This document shows, piece by piece, positions 1 through 11,670 of a DNA stretch of 64,000 bases. Location of the stretch: assembly GCF_964204865.1 (NCBI RefSeq), contig NC_135251.1, positions 19,282,001-19,346,000 on the forward strand, in the 5' to 3' direction. Source of the DNA: Styela clava (taxonomy: Eukaryota). The notes under the pieces were generated by a model. It did not search any database, was not told the DNA's origin, and saw nothing but the letters and a program-made list of their open reading frames with translations. The translations under genes and the position numbers were made by a program. Every line of letters starts with the position of its first letter. Position 1 is the first letter of the stretch.

Positions 1-200
1 ATTTTGCCATTACTTCAACGTATAACCAGATTTTTGGACATCCCTAATGTAAACACATACTATTTTGTATCTAATATTGATACAGAACAAGTCAATTGAA
101 AGTGGCAAGTGTTGATGATTAAATGACTAAAACATACGAGTAAAAAGGGATACAGTGAATCAAAAAATTTCATTGAAATCTATAGTTCCAAACTACAATA

Positions 201-3200
201 TCAACTTTGACAAGCATCTTCATAATTTGTGCTGTTAAATCTTTTTAAGAAATTATAGTTGATGAATTCATTAAAATATGAAAGGGGACATGGTCTATTC
301 TGTTTTGTCCTTTGTGTATCGGGAAATTCCCAGTTAGTTTTTGCTCCACAGTGACCTATGTTATCAGTGACATCTTTACCGTTAAGTAATATTCGAACAT
401 ATGGCTTGATTTCATGCGAATAACAGCAATTGTTATCAGACTTGTCACAACTTACCCAAAGCTCGAAAGCAACTCTTGAAGCATAAGGTGCTTTCTTCAA
501 TAATGGTATATCCAAAGCAACAAACAATGGACCAATGGTTATGTCATGGCCAGAAAGAATCCAAACAAACGGATTATTATCAGTAGCAGAGGTATCTTCT
601 GAAGCACAGTGATAGTTGTATTTCTTCACTAAATCGTGAAATTTTTTGTTGATTGAACTTAAGAACGGGTACATGGCAAGACTTGTGGCCTGAAAAAAAG
701 AAAATTAGTTATAATTACTGTATTTATTATTTTTATAGATTCTAGAGAAAGAAATTGAAGCAGAATTTAGTACTTTTTAGTACCTCCTTCCCAGGAAGAA
801 AGTGTTATGAGGTCAGTATGTTGTATTATATCAGCAGAACACAATATCTACTCTTTTTACCAATTAGAGTTGGTGCTCCATAAATGGGTGTACCAATACG
901 GAGGTAAATAATTTTGTTTGTCTATCTTACAACAAGTTGTGTAAATGGACTGAAATTCCTCACATTCACTCAACCCAAATTTGCTTCTCCAATACCATGG
1001 TGAGCAATGAGCATCTTCTAATCAATTTACAGACCACCAAATCATATCTTGAGATAGGGGCTCTAACCGAAAAGTAACCAATACACCTGACGACACACAA
1101 TACAAACTACAATTTGACTTGAAATTTTTTTCCAGTTTACCTTTATATATTGAAAATCGTTGATCATACGGAGATGATTCTTATCAACAAGGTGGATTAA
1201 TTCTTTTATAGTAGTTGAATTAAGGCAGTTGGTTTGTGATGGTATGGATTCATTAGGTAAGCAAGGAAGTGGCCGCCCATGGCAATAATATTCTGAGACT
1301 AGCCAATCCCAAATCCTGCTTGGTGAAGCAACAGACAGTGGTGTTGGACCAATTTTTTTCTCACTCTCGAAAGAACGCTTTTTCAGAGAATTTCTTTCAT
1401 CAATTTTCAATAAGTCATGTAGATGAGATATGTGGGGATTGTGTGGATCCCAGTATCTGAAAGAAGCTCGTAATTGTGCAATGGTTTTTGCTTTAGCACA
1501 ATTACAGTGTGTCATAAAAGATGGAGTTGATGACAAGTCACTGTCGCAAAAATATATAGAGCTCGATGTACTGATCTTCCCCATTACAAATTCATTGAAT
1601 CTCTCAGGTAAAAATCCATACAGAAAAGATAGCAAACTCTGAAATGTCCTCGCAAATCGAGAGGTGGAAATAACAACATCCTGATGAACATCTGAAAAAG
1701 TATAACAATAACCATGAATTGGGTTGTTTCTTGTTTGAGGAAAATTTCGTTGCATGGTAGAATTTTACAATTATCTACTATTCAAGCATGGCAGTCCATA
1801 AATAGGAGTTTTTTCGATTCAAGAATACATTAATAATGCACCGCATTTAGATAATGTAATTTTTCAAATGATACGAGCATAAAAATTTACAAAGATGCGT
1901 TTTCACACCCTCCCAACCCAACAAGGATATGTACAAACAGTCACTGGTACAAGGTTAGAATTACTATTTTTAAAAGGGTCAGAAGCTATACAGTTTTGCA
2001 TGGACTACCCCGGACTAGGGGGTGGGCTTGAAGGATTTTTTACTCGTGACACCATATAGTTAGATACAATATTCTCACTCGAAGTTTGTAAACATTTGCT
2101 AGCTGAAAATGTACGACGAAGAACTCATATAAAAGATAAATTGGAGTGAAGCAAAAGACCCTAAAAGATTAATAATAGGAGAAAAAAAATTGAATCTTAA
2201 ACTATTGGTGGACATTTGAAAGCGTTTGTTCATTCTGGTGTCGAAGTTTTGTACAAGCAACCACAACATGAACCACAATAAAAAATTTTAAAACAATCCA
2301 TAGACAAACTTTGCGTTCAATAAGGTAATTTACAAAATTAGCTCTTTTACGGCAACAAAAACAAAACCCATACTTGAAATATCCGTCACATATCTCTGCC
2401 TGAGAAAATCACCCAACTCCAGCATTTGTGTAATTCCTGATTGAGTTATAGATACATCTGAACAAGTATCGGGCAAGAGATCAAAATTTTGTAGATATGG
2501 ATTCATTGATTTTTTTAATAATGCTGTTTGTCCTTTAACCTGCATTAGAAATATCAATAAACACATTAAATTGAATTTGATATCCCCATAATCCCACATA
2601 AATTAGCGACGATTATGTTTCTTAGACTTTATAATGTAGTCAAAATCAATGTAACGGATTTCTAAATTGAAATGAATCAAAATGATGTCTAATATTTATA
2701 AAAACTTAGTTGCAATTAGCTAAGTTAAAAATAATGACAGATTTAAAGTTAAACTGTAACATGCAAACAAAAGCACTGGTATGACTGAAGTACCAAATAA
2801 TGCCAAGTAACAATAAAACAAGCTGAATAAAGCCAGTGAATCAAATACAAACATTTCATACAAACAATTATTATGACACATACTATGAAATAATTCAAAA
2901 CAAACTGCTAGCAAACAGTCATGTCATAGCTACTATGTATTCAAAACATGGTTCTGTCATTGAAGAAACATTCAAGATTCTTATCCTAATTACTCGTTTT
3001 TATACCTCTTTCTTTATATACACGACTCTTACCACTACCAGTGCCTTTCACTCTGATCGATCAAGGCCCTGTACAACAGCCACAACAAGGTAAGGAGCTA
3101 TCATCTTTGGAATAACTGGAATCGTCCCAGTTAGACACAGCCAAACCAATTTATTTTAAAACTACCTGGGTGAGGTCGTAGGCACGGCATTTAAAACGGC

Positions 3201-5135
3201 ATTGAGATGTATCACCTACGATGCCAACACTACAGTAAAGACTAAAGCCATATCTTCTAAGCTAGGGATGCACAACTCAAATGAGGATACGTGCCGAATT
3301 TCTCAAAATAATCTTGTCGCGTGCCACGCACAATTGTGGTATTGTAAATGAACTTCCGTTAAACAAATAAATTGCAATAACAATACATAATAACGGGTAT
3401 CTATTTATTGGAACAATTTAATGTCCTGAAAAAAAACTGCTGATTTTGATATGAACGTGATATTTTAATGTATATATATATCATAAATTTTTTTTACAAA
3501 ACCGTTCGCGTGCAACGTTTGAGCGTATGGCGTGCCAAGTTTGGCATGCGTGCCTCGTGCCCCCCCCCCCCTGTTCTAAGCCATCTAGCACACAACTCCT
3601 GAACTCTGTCTGCATTTCTGAATTGGTAACTTAGCATACACTTGTAATTAAACAAACAAACAACAATAATGTAACACTTACAGTATTTATAAAATGACCT
3701 AACATCCGATTAGTAGGAGAAATAGATGGATCGAGGGAACATGGTTTTCGCCCAGGCGGAGGATGACCATCGAATGCAGGGGGACGGGAGATTGGTAGCC
3801 GATCTCCATGTCGAATGAGTAGTACTGTCCCAAGCAACTTCATAGACGAGTCAGGATATTTTCCTACATGCAAACAATAGTAAATTATCCTAGTTGTTTA
3901 GTCGCATAGCTTAGTGATAACTAATTGATACTACTCTCTATTGTTATAGAGATTGTAGAAGCGGCCAGAATTAAACTTGAATATTTGTTCATATATCTGT
4001 ATATGAACGATTTGAAAGATTCCTCACTGTTTTGTTTGAAAAAAATGTGACTTATACGTGAGTATATATACCGTAAGTATATATGAAAGTAGGTCATAAT
4101 TTACTATACCCTCCATTCCTTCAATTTTCTGACCAGGTTTGTTGCAATACTCAATGCTTCGTTGTTCTGGCAATGATATCATTTCCATCCGATGTTCAAA
4201 CAATGATCGGAAATTATTTTCATCATCTGATACATGAGCAAGCGTTGTTCTACTGATCAGAAATCCTGGAATAAATAAAAGAGTAGCATTGGGGACAAAT
4301 CTGACATTACCAACTTAACAATACACTGATACAGTAGTCAATAGTCTATAATGCTAGTTATATCCTGATATCTACTTTATCTATTACTGTATTAGCCAAC
4401 TACCCATTGTCCCATTAAAAAAACTTTAAAATCCATACAAATATAAGAGATAAAAAGATGAAACTTGGCAAGGGGGTAGAGTTATGTTCCTTTTACCCAT
4501 CTTTAAATTTTCCTGTTTTTAGATTTAAAGGAGGGGGGATAGGGGGGCGATTATTTCCAATACGTCAATAATATCTTTGTCAACCAATTTGCGACCACCG
4601 TGTTTTTGGCTGTTTGACTGCTGTGATGCGGTGCTTTGTTTATAATTTGACGAGTTTTGTTTGAAATGACCGTGTTCTTAAAATATATGACGGCCAGAAA
4701 AGCAATTAGAAGCCCAATTTTTTCATGCATGGCTGCGTATCCATCCTCTAGTCTCGACGCAGCAGAAACGATGTTCAAGGCTTGAAAGCCGTGGACGCAC
4801 ACTGGTCGCTCGCTCGCAAATACATCTTCCGAGTGTCGTACTTTGGTGGTTTTGTATAGCTTTAACACCGGGTCGTAGTTAATTCTAGGTATAACGCGTA
4901 GAATAAAAGCCATTTACCTACGGTGGAAAGATTAACGCGTTGGAAATATTGGTTTTTGTTTTATAGTGGTTTGAATGAAATCGTCCGCAGACTGGCTGCA
5001 CCACCCTACATGTGTGTACTTTGTGCAGCCGTACTGGTACTTACCCAAAAACAATCTCACAGCCAGTGCCAGGGAGATGAGGGTCATTATACCTTTCATC
5101 TTTTTCATGTTTATAGTTCTGATCCCGGTATACAT
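201..5135 (-). CDS. PXYLP1: 2-phosphoxylose phosphatase 1 (histidine acid phosphatase, type II Golgi membrane protein), 6 coding exons, ~544 aa
   Basis: Exons 5045-5135, 4110-4265, 3682-3863, 2374-2539, 1141-1691 and 201-689 have GT-AG ends and matching phases (1635 nt). The protein has an N-terminal hydrophobic anchor (IMTLISLALAVRLFLGFLI) and YCN..MEG followed by RHGDR. It also has ITQSGITQMLELGDFLRQRY, RTFQSLLSFLYGFLP, catalytic SGHD, PYASRVAFELW, VRILLNGKDVT and CPL, all recognisable from PXYLP1/ACPL2. The first exon is the least certain. Confidence 0.88.
3263..3573. mobile_element. hAT-type MITE in a PXYLP1 intron
   Basis: Starts TAGGGATGCAC and ends CCCCCTG; flanked by a perfect 8-bp direct repeat TTCTAAGC (3255-3262, 3574-3581). 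Confidence 0.7.
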
Positions 5136-5745
5136 TCAAGAGATCAGAAACCGGACAACTTTCAACAATTTGCTTCCACCCTCACCTCCCCATATTCAGA
5201 TGCTGGATCTCCTTAGGACGACACGTGCTTCTGTGCTTCGGAGGCACAAAAACTCGACAATACAGCAATACGACACACCAAGATTCCGACAAAGAATCAC
5301 TGAACTAGGCTATGTAACTCAATAATGGTATCGCAGTACCGATGGGTTAGCCTGCTTTCAAACTCAGGCAAGAACGACGAAAACAGCTCACTTCAGTCAA
5401 CAACCGCAACCTTAGGCGCTTATACTGCTATAACAACAGCATATTTCTGCATTGACACTGCCAAGAGAAAATGGTAAAATTCACAGAAATTAATAAAATT
5501 CCACACAGTAGAATTCGATAATGCCAATGGAAAGATTTAGGGTTTCGTCTATTCTGTATTAAATAGTTGAGATTTTCAAATATTTAAAAAAAAAATTAGT
5601 CATATTAAATGCTTATACTAAAGGATTATTATTTCTGAAAGATGTCAGTTTAGTTAGCAGGTAATCTGATAATTACCGTGTGGGACACTGTCTGAATCTT
5701 CCTGGGCGCGGCGAATGAAGCAAACTGATTTGCTGAGCAATATTA

Positions 5746-8392
5746 TCAATCAATCAATCAATCGTTTATTTTGTCATCACAAAAAAACACGTTCAAACAT
5801 GAAGTGACATAATGAATAAATTACAGTACGAATCATGTTTTTGTGTGACCGGAGTCGCGAGGGACCTAAGAAGGTCTTCAAGCAGCGACACCTACAGCGC
5901 TACAGGTTAGAATAAATATAATTGAATGAGGGATAAAATGAATAAATCCTAGGAATAAGTCACAGCTGATACAATTACAGCGACATTCGAAGTGTATGCG
6001 ATTATGACACAGTAAAACAGAAAATGTAACTTTCACGGAATAATTACTAACAACTAATAAAAACGCGAGGAAAGCAAGATAAAAGCACAGAAAAATTATA
6101 GGAAGGGCAAGTTTGGCGGAATATGCAACTAAAAGCAATATAAGGCAAACAGCAAATCGAAAATATTTACAGCAAATGCAATTTAGGAGACACTTACGAA
6201 AAATTGATAAGGTCTAATGAGGAATACAAACAAACTATTACATCTATATAATGTACATAATAAAGAGGAAAAGATAAAACGGCCTGGTCATTGAAAATAA
6301 TAGCGAACGTAGGTTAAGGGCAATAAGCTATCGCTCTCCACTCTGAACGATTTTTGAATCAACTATTAATGTAGCAGATACTCTCGGATTCCGACTCCTT
6401 GCACCTATTTTCGTTCGGGTTGATTGACGTTAGCCAGTGTAGGCCAGATCGTTACGGTAATAAAAAGTAAGCGATCTTAGTAGAAATTTCAATGGTTACC
6501 CGTACTGGTATAAGAGGAGAGATAATCACCGATATATTTATTTTTTAGGTCTCTTTTAAAAGTGCAATATGCTAGGGATCTAATGGTATTAGGTAAAGCG
6601 TTCCACAGTTTCACACCTATATATTTAATGGATTTCTGTGTTCTGCTCGAGGAGTACCTTGGGACATGGAATGAACCTGATGAAGCCGATCTGGTAGAGT
6701 AGGAATGGATATTACTCTGCTTCGTAAAAAATTCGGTGAATGCCATGGGAAGTTTGTCATCAAAGTACTGGTGCATGAGTTTCAATACCTCAAATTCATG
6801 AATATGACCAAGTTTAATTATTCCACATCTGTGGTATAAAGGATCTAGTCTAGACCGAAATGGTGCGTTACATATGGATCGAACTGCTTTGTTTTGTAAA
6901 ACCTCCAATCTTCGAAGGAGAGTAGTCGATGCGTTACCCCATGATATGATACCATACTGTAGATATGACTGGAAAAGAGAAAAATAGACCATTCGAAGGA
7001 CTGGCATGGTAAGAAATTTTCTAAGTTTGTATAACATACCAGTTGCACTTGCCAGCTTTCCAGCAACATAGTTAATATGGGTGGCCCATTTCATTTGATC
7101 ATCAATGTGGATGCCAAGGTATTTAAATGAGTTCACATTTTCGAGTAGAGATCCATTAATGCTAATCTCAAGTCGAATTTTATTTTTACGATTATTTTTG
7201 TGGCTAATCAATAGGCATTTAGATTTTTCGACATTAATCGTGAGTTTATTGTTAGTCATCCAAGTTGAAATTTTATCCATTTCAGAGTTCATACCCAATT
7301 CCAAATCACTTGGAGAAGCTGAACTTCCAAACAATCCGGTATCATCAGCAAAGAGTTTGACAAGCAAGTTAGTGGCGTGCGGAAGATCATTGACGAAAAG
7401 GAGGAACATTAATGGGCCGATTATCGAACCCTGTGGAATTCCACATTGTACAGTTGCAAGCTCGGAGCAACTTGATCCGATTTTTACACACTGCTGGCGA
7501 TAACTCAGATAGCTCTGGAAAAATTTTGACGCGTGGCCGCGAAAACCATAATGGTTCATTTTTCTAATTAGTATGCTATGGTCAACGGTATCGAATGCCT
7601 TTTTGAGGTCAAGAAAAATAGCACTGATAAATTCCCTACTCTCTAACTTATCATAGAAATAAGAAATCATATCGAGAATTGCATGATTAGTGGAGTGTTG
7701 TTTTTGGAACCCAAACTGGGATTTGTTTATAATGCCATGTCTTTCTATGAATTCCGTTAGTCTAGCATGTAAAAGCCTTTCAAATACTAAAGTCAATGGG
7801 GATAGAACTGATATTGGACGATAATTTGATGTACATTCTTTATCCCCAGATTTATATACCGGTGAAACTTTGGCAGTTTTCAAACTATGAGGGAAAATTC
7901 CAAAGTCTATAGAGGCATTAAATAATTTACATAGCAATGGGGAAACTATGTCAACAGCATATTTTAGAAATTTCGCTGGAATATTATCATAACCAACCGA
8001 TTTACCATCAGGTAAACTTGCTATTGTGTAATATACTTCATTGACGGTTATTGGTCTCAAGAAAAAAGACTCTTTTATTGGATTCTTAAGGTTGCTCAAA
8101 AAAGATCCAGTGTGAGGGATTTTTTCAGAAAGCTTAGGGCCTATAGAGATAAAATAATCATTAAAATAGTTGGCAATAAGATCTGGATTGCTTACTTTCT
8201 GCCCAGTTTCTGTTTTTATTGCTTTAATTGTAGTTGTTGATGTTGTGTCTTTTTTTATATTGACCAGTCGCCCAATTAGGTTCCACGTTGATTTAACGTC
8301 GCCACTGACTTGTTTAAATTTATTAAAGTAATACAATTTCTTTGCTTTAGCTATCAAGACTCTAAGTAAATTGCTGTAAGTTTTGTATAATC
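5746..8392 (-). mobile_element. 5'-truncated non-LTR retrotransposon (CR1/L2/Daphne group)
   Basis: RT ORF, ~740-bp 3' UTR and (ATTG)n microsatellite tail at 5746-5763. Possible 5-bp TSD TATTA at 5741-5745 and 8393-8397. No endonuclease domain is present. Confidence 0.9.
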
Positions 8393-8489
8393 TATTACAG
8401 TGAGTTAGCCTATGTGCGCGCCCTGTGCTTGTCTTCACTACGATCAGCGTCTGTCTATAATTGCGACAATAGTTCCTGGGACTATTCAT
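6489..8489 (-). CDS. LINE ORF2 remnant: reverse transcriptase plus C-terminal domain, uninterrupted frame
   Basis: Motifs NYRPISVL, QFGF, FLDLKKAFDTVDH, GIPQGSIIGPLMFLLFVND, FADD and FKYLG are present. LINE-like sequence starts near RLYKTYSNLL (~8392); residues upstream come from flanking DNA (ATG at 8489). Confidence 0.85.
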   Translation of the reverse strand: MNSPRNYCRNYRQTLIVVKTSTGRAHRLTHCNRLYKTYSNLLRVLIAKAKKLYYFNKFKQVSGDVKSTWNLIGRLVNIKKDTTSTTTIKAIKTETGQKVSNPDLIANYFNDYFISIGPKLSEKIPHTGSFLSNLKNPIKESFFLRPITVNEVYYTIASLPDGKSVGYDNIPAKFLKYAVDIVSPLLCKLFNASIDFGIFPHSLKTAKVSPVYKSGDKECTSNYRPISVLSPLTLVFERLLHARLTEFIERHGIINKSQFGFQKQHSTNHAILDMISYFYDKLESREFISAIFLDLKKAFDTVDHSILIRKMNHYGFRGHASKFFQSYLSYRQQCVKIGSSCSELATVQCGIPQGSIIGPLMFLLFVNDLPHATNLLVKLFADDTGLFGSSASPSDLELGMNSEMDKISTWMTNNKLTINVEKSKCLLISHKNNRKNKIRLEISINGSLLENVNSFKYLGIHIDDQMKWATHINYVAGKLASATGMLYKLRKFLTMPVLRMVYFSLFQSYLQYGIISWGNASTTLLRRLEVLQNKAVRSICNAPFRSRLDPLYHRCGIIKLGHIHEFEVLKLMHQYFDDKLPMAFTEFFTKQSNIHSYSTRSASSGSFHVPRYSSSRTQKSIKYIGVKLWNALPNTIRSLAYCTFKRDLKNKYIGDYLSSYTSTGNH

Positions 8490-9095
8490 ATGTTTAAGAT
8501 ATCTACTGGAACTGTAAACTATCAGTACGTTGATGATGCTGAAAGGAGTTTGGAAGTTGATCGAGCTTGAAAATGTATGAACTTCCATCCTCACCCCAAG
8601 GCTATTCGTAAGTATTATCGCAAGAAAATATACCAGCGTGATTATTAAGATAAATTTATTCAGGGTAAATGATGCCGGTAAGCTAAATTACGCTAAAGAT
8701 AATCAGAGGAGAAGGGAAGTCGCAATCCTGAGAAATACTGGGAGTACGTGACGTAAGGGGACTGACCCTAACAATGAAAGGTAACACACCATAAGTTTCG
8801 ATTTGGAATCCCCTCGGCGGTAGCCTATCCCTATCTGATCACAGAACTTGTTTTTTCTAATGGTGATATATATATCGTAAATAATTAAGGTGCGCTGCAA
8901 TAAAGTAATGAGAATTGAATAGGGCGAAGTCAATGTTCAGAAATAGCTTAAAGATTTGACATATTCGCCTTCGCGACGCAACTGCGAGTAACCGTAAATT
9001 CAGTTACAATAAGCATAACATCATCCAAAAATTGAATATTTCACGCAACAGAAAATTATTATCATCGGAAAAGTCGGCTATTGTGAGGGGCTAAT

Positions 9096-9948
9096 CAGTG
9101 GTTCTCAAACTTCTTGGCGCGGCGGTGTGGCTCATCGTGCTAAGCGTTAGGAATACGCTCGCCACCGCACCTCTAATTACTCTGCGTGGGTTCGAATCCC
9201 ATGCGGGGTGGTTATGTGCGAGAGGATTGCTGAACTCCTCGCCGCCGTTGGGTGGTTCACGTAACCGCTGGTCGGTTACGGCTTCCTCCACCATCAATTC
9301 CATGCTGCGGAAAAACAAATACCTAACTAATCCCATACCCGACATGGAATGGTAACCGGACGAGAGGCCGTGGTTCGCCATATGGTTAAGCCATCAAATC
9401 GGCTTTCCTCTCCCCCGGGATAAATATGTAAATCTTATCCTTATCCTTCTTGGAGTGCGACGTCCTCCAAAAAATAGGGCCAAGCTGCGACTCCCCGTGA
9501 AAAATGTCTGAATACCTTTCCATAAGAGACCCCTTTTACAATGAGTTTTATTTGAATTATGCCTGAAGAGAACTGCTGTTTTTTTTTTTTTAATATTGAA
9601 TATCTGTTTAGGTTAACGTGCAGACGAAGTGCTGAACAACGCTTGATGTTCCCATGTTCATAAAAGAATTAGAAATGAACACCATGCATGACTCGTTCTG
9701 ATCCAGCCTGTGTGATGTCATAATTGGAACAGTATTGAATGATCCGTGATGTTTGTCAAGTCATTTATAGATAAGATCGATCCTTACAATAATTAATATA
9801 TTGTCATTTCCAGTTCTCAAGTATGATTTAAACGAGAATAACGAAAATTTTGACTTCTTCTACGCATGGCAGGTACAAATCCGCAAAATAAGAAAAATTT
9901 TGCGACGCCCTATCAATATTGAAACGACGCCCAGTTTGAGAACCACGG
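9096..9948. mobile_element. hAT (Charlie/Buster-like) MITE interrupted by a SINE
   Basis: Termini CAGTGGTTCTCAAACT ... AGTTTGAGAACCACGG; no clear TSD. Confidence 0.65.
9118..9445 (+). mobile_element. tRNA-derived SINE
   Basis: Pol III A-box TGGCTCATCGTG (9128) and B-box GGTTCGAATCC (9189), ~330 bp, (CTTATC)n tail, and 8-bp TSD CTTCTTGG at 9110-9117 and 9446-9453. Confidence 0.85.
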
Positions 9949-9991
9949 GACGAGGTAATCGCGGCGACCGTTTTAAAGGCTGTTGCATGAG

Positions 9992-10187
9992 AATTTCCGA
10001 GGCTCTGGAAGTTTAATTTTGAACTCTCCACTCTTCAAAAATTCGTGTTTCAATCGTAACACTGTGTTACTGATCGAGTTACTACGCATGGGAATTTCCT
10101 AGACTCTGGAAGTTTAATTTTCAGCTCTCCACTCTTTCAAAAATTCGCGTTTCAATCGAAACACTGTGTTACTACTCGAGTTACTAC
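9992..10187. repeat. Imperfect ~100-bp direct duplication (2 copies)
   Basis: AATTTCC...CTCTGGAAGTTTAATTTT...AACACTGTGTTACT...CGAGTTACTAC occurs twice. Confidence 0.7.
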
Positions 10188-11670
10188 CACAAATATAGAC
10201 GGTGTGCCGCATAAATTGACTTCGATAGCGCGGAACTTTACAAACAAAACTTGATTGAATTTAATTTCAATATTTTTGCGGACATCACTCATAGATTTGG
10301 AACCACTGGTATGAAATTTTTTTGCTCTATGAAGCGTCTGTAAATAAATATCCGATTGTAGCTTAACCTTTCCCAAACTCATCCCATTTACAAGTTATAG
10401 CATTTATTTTTATTGCATGCAAAAACTACTGTATAGTCTACAACAAAACAATTTTTTTAACTGCGTTCCTAAAAATGTTACAAAGTTAAGCTATATTTAG
10501 TGAATTGTAATAACGTATACCAATGTAAAACAACATATCATTCTCAATGCGTCAATAAAAATTTTTGTACGATTTTTTTTGTACAAAACTGAAGAATCCG
10601 ATCTCAAATATGTGGAAGTTCTGTTGTGCTTATTTAAGATGTCCTGAAGTACAGAAGTAGAGTCTGTACAATTTGATTTTAAGTTTTTTTTAAATGAATC
10701 CTGGATATTCTTTCTTCTAAAACCAATCAATTCTTGCCATGTCTTTCTTCTGTATTAAAGCAAACAAAACATTGTTAGTATGTATATATATATTATGGTA
10801 GAATAATCGAGGCTCAGCGGAGCGGAGGTATACCGGTATGGTTACCGCATCACTGTTTTAAAAGCTATATCATTGAATGTAGACATTGGGATAAGCAGGC
10901 TTGGCACTGGGGATGGGAAACGTTCCATGGAATGGGACAGAAACCATTTGTATTTCCTGTTGGACAGTAACCAATAACCATGTCATATGAACTCGACTAA
11001 GTCGTAACTAACTTTGGTATTTATAGTTTTTTTTTTACCTATTAAATGTTTTTACTAGTATATTGAAAATAGGTTGCTTATTTTGGTGTGGGATACTGGC
11101 AGGGTTGTCCACGGAACTGGGATTTTTCATAAAAGTCTCCAGGCTTGTTCACGTGAATGGGATTCTTGGAAAACGTCCCATTAGATGGGATGGGGCTGAC
11201 ATAAATTAGTATGGGATGGGCGAAACAGAAACCTATGTCTCAAATATGCTTGCAAATAAGTAACATTGAATTCATGCATTTGTCCCTTTGGGTGAAAACA
11301 AGTTGGTCGACAGCAAAAACAACAATATGTAATATTTTTATGGACGTTGTTATAGAAATCTACTTGAAAAGTCAGACGGTGACCTCATGAGGTTTTAATG
11401 GAAATTTGGAAACCAAAAGTAAACAAAATATCGAGTTATTCTTTGACACTCGAATGCCTATCTGCCGAAACTATAAAACGCTGGCCGTGGCCAGACCTAA
11501 CCTAAGTCTACAGACCGCAAGCCTGTATAGCCGGTTCGTTGAACGTAAAGACAAGTAACCCCGTCGCTACAATGGTGCAGAGCCACATTCGTTTAAATCG
11601 CGTAACGCAAACCAAAATGTTTCAATCAATATCTATGATATATACCTAAATAATCTTTCATTATCTGTGT

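Noticed and set aside
4551-5325. ORFs 4551-4913, 4923-5216 and 4975-5325 as separate genes
   Set aside because: No recognisable motifs; they overlap the first PXYLP1 coding exon and intron.
5456-5554. Alternative membrane-anchor exon for PXYLP1 (YRILLCGILLISVNFTIFSWQ)
   Set aside because: No phase-compatible strong donor; 5045-5135 has an ATG and a perfect GTAAGT donor in the right phase.
7105-7503. Antisense or overlapping ORFs on the RT, GPCR and 7TM genes (also 36332, 37130, 45188, 54516, 61435)
   Set aside because: They are shadows of real coding frames.
6489-8594. Retron, DGR or telomerase-type RT system
   Set aside because: The motifs, 3' UTR and microsatellite tail are those of an ordinary CR1/L2-group LINE.
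9118-9205. tRNA gene
   Set aside because: It has A/B boxes but continues into a 330-bp body with a tail and TSD, so it is a SINE.
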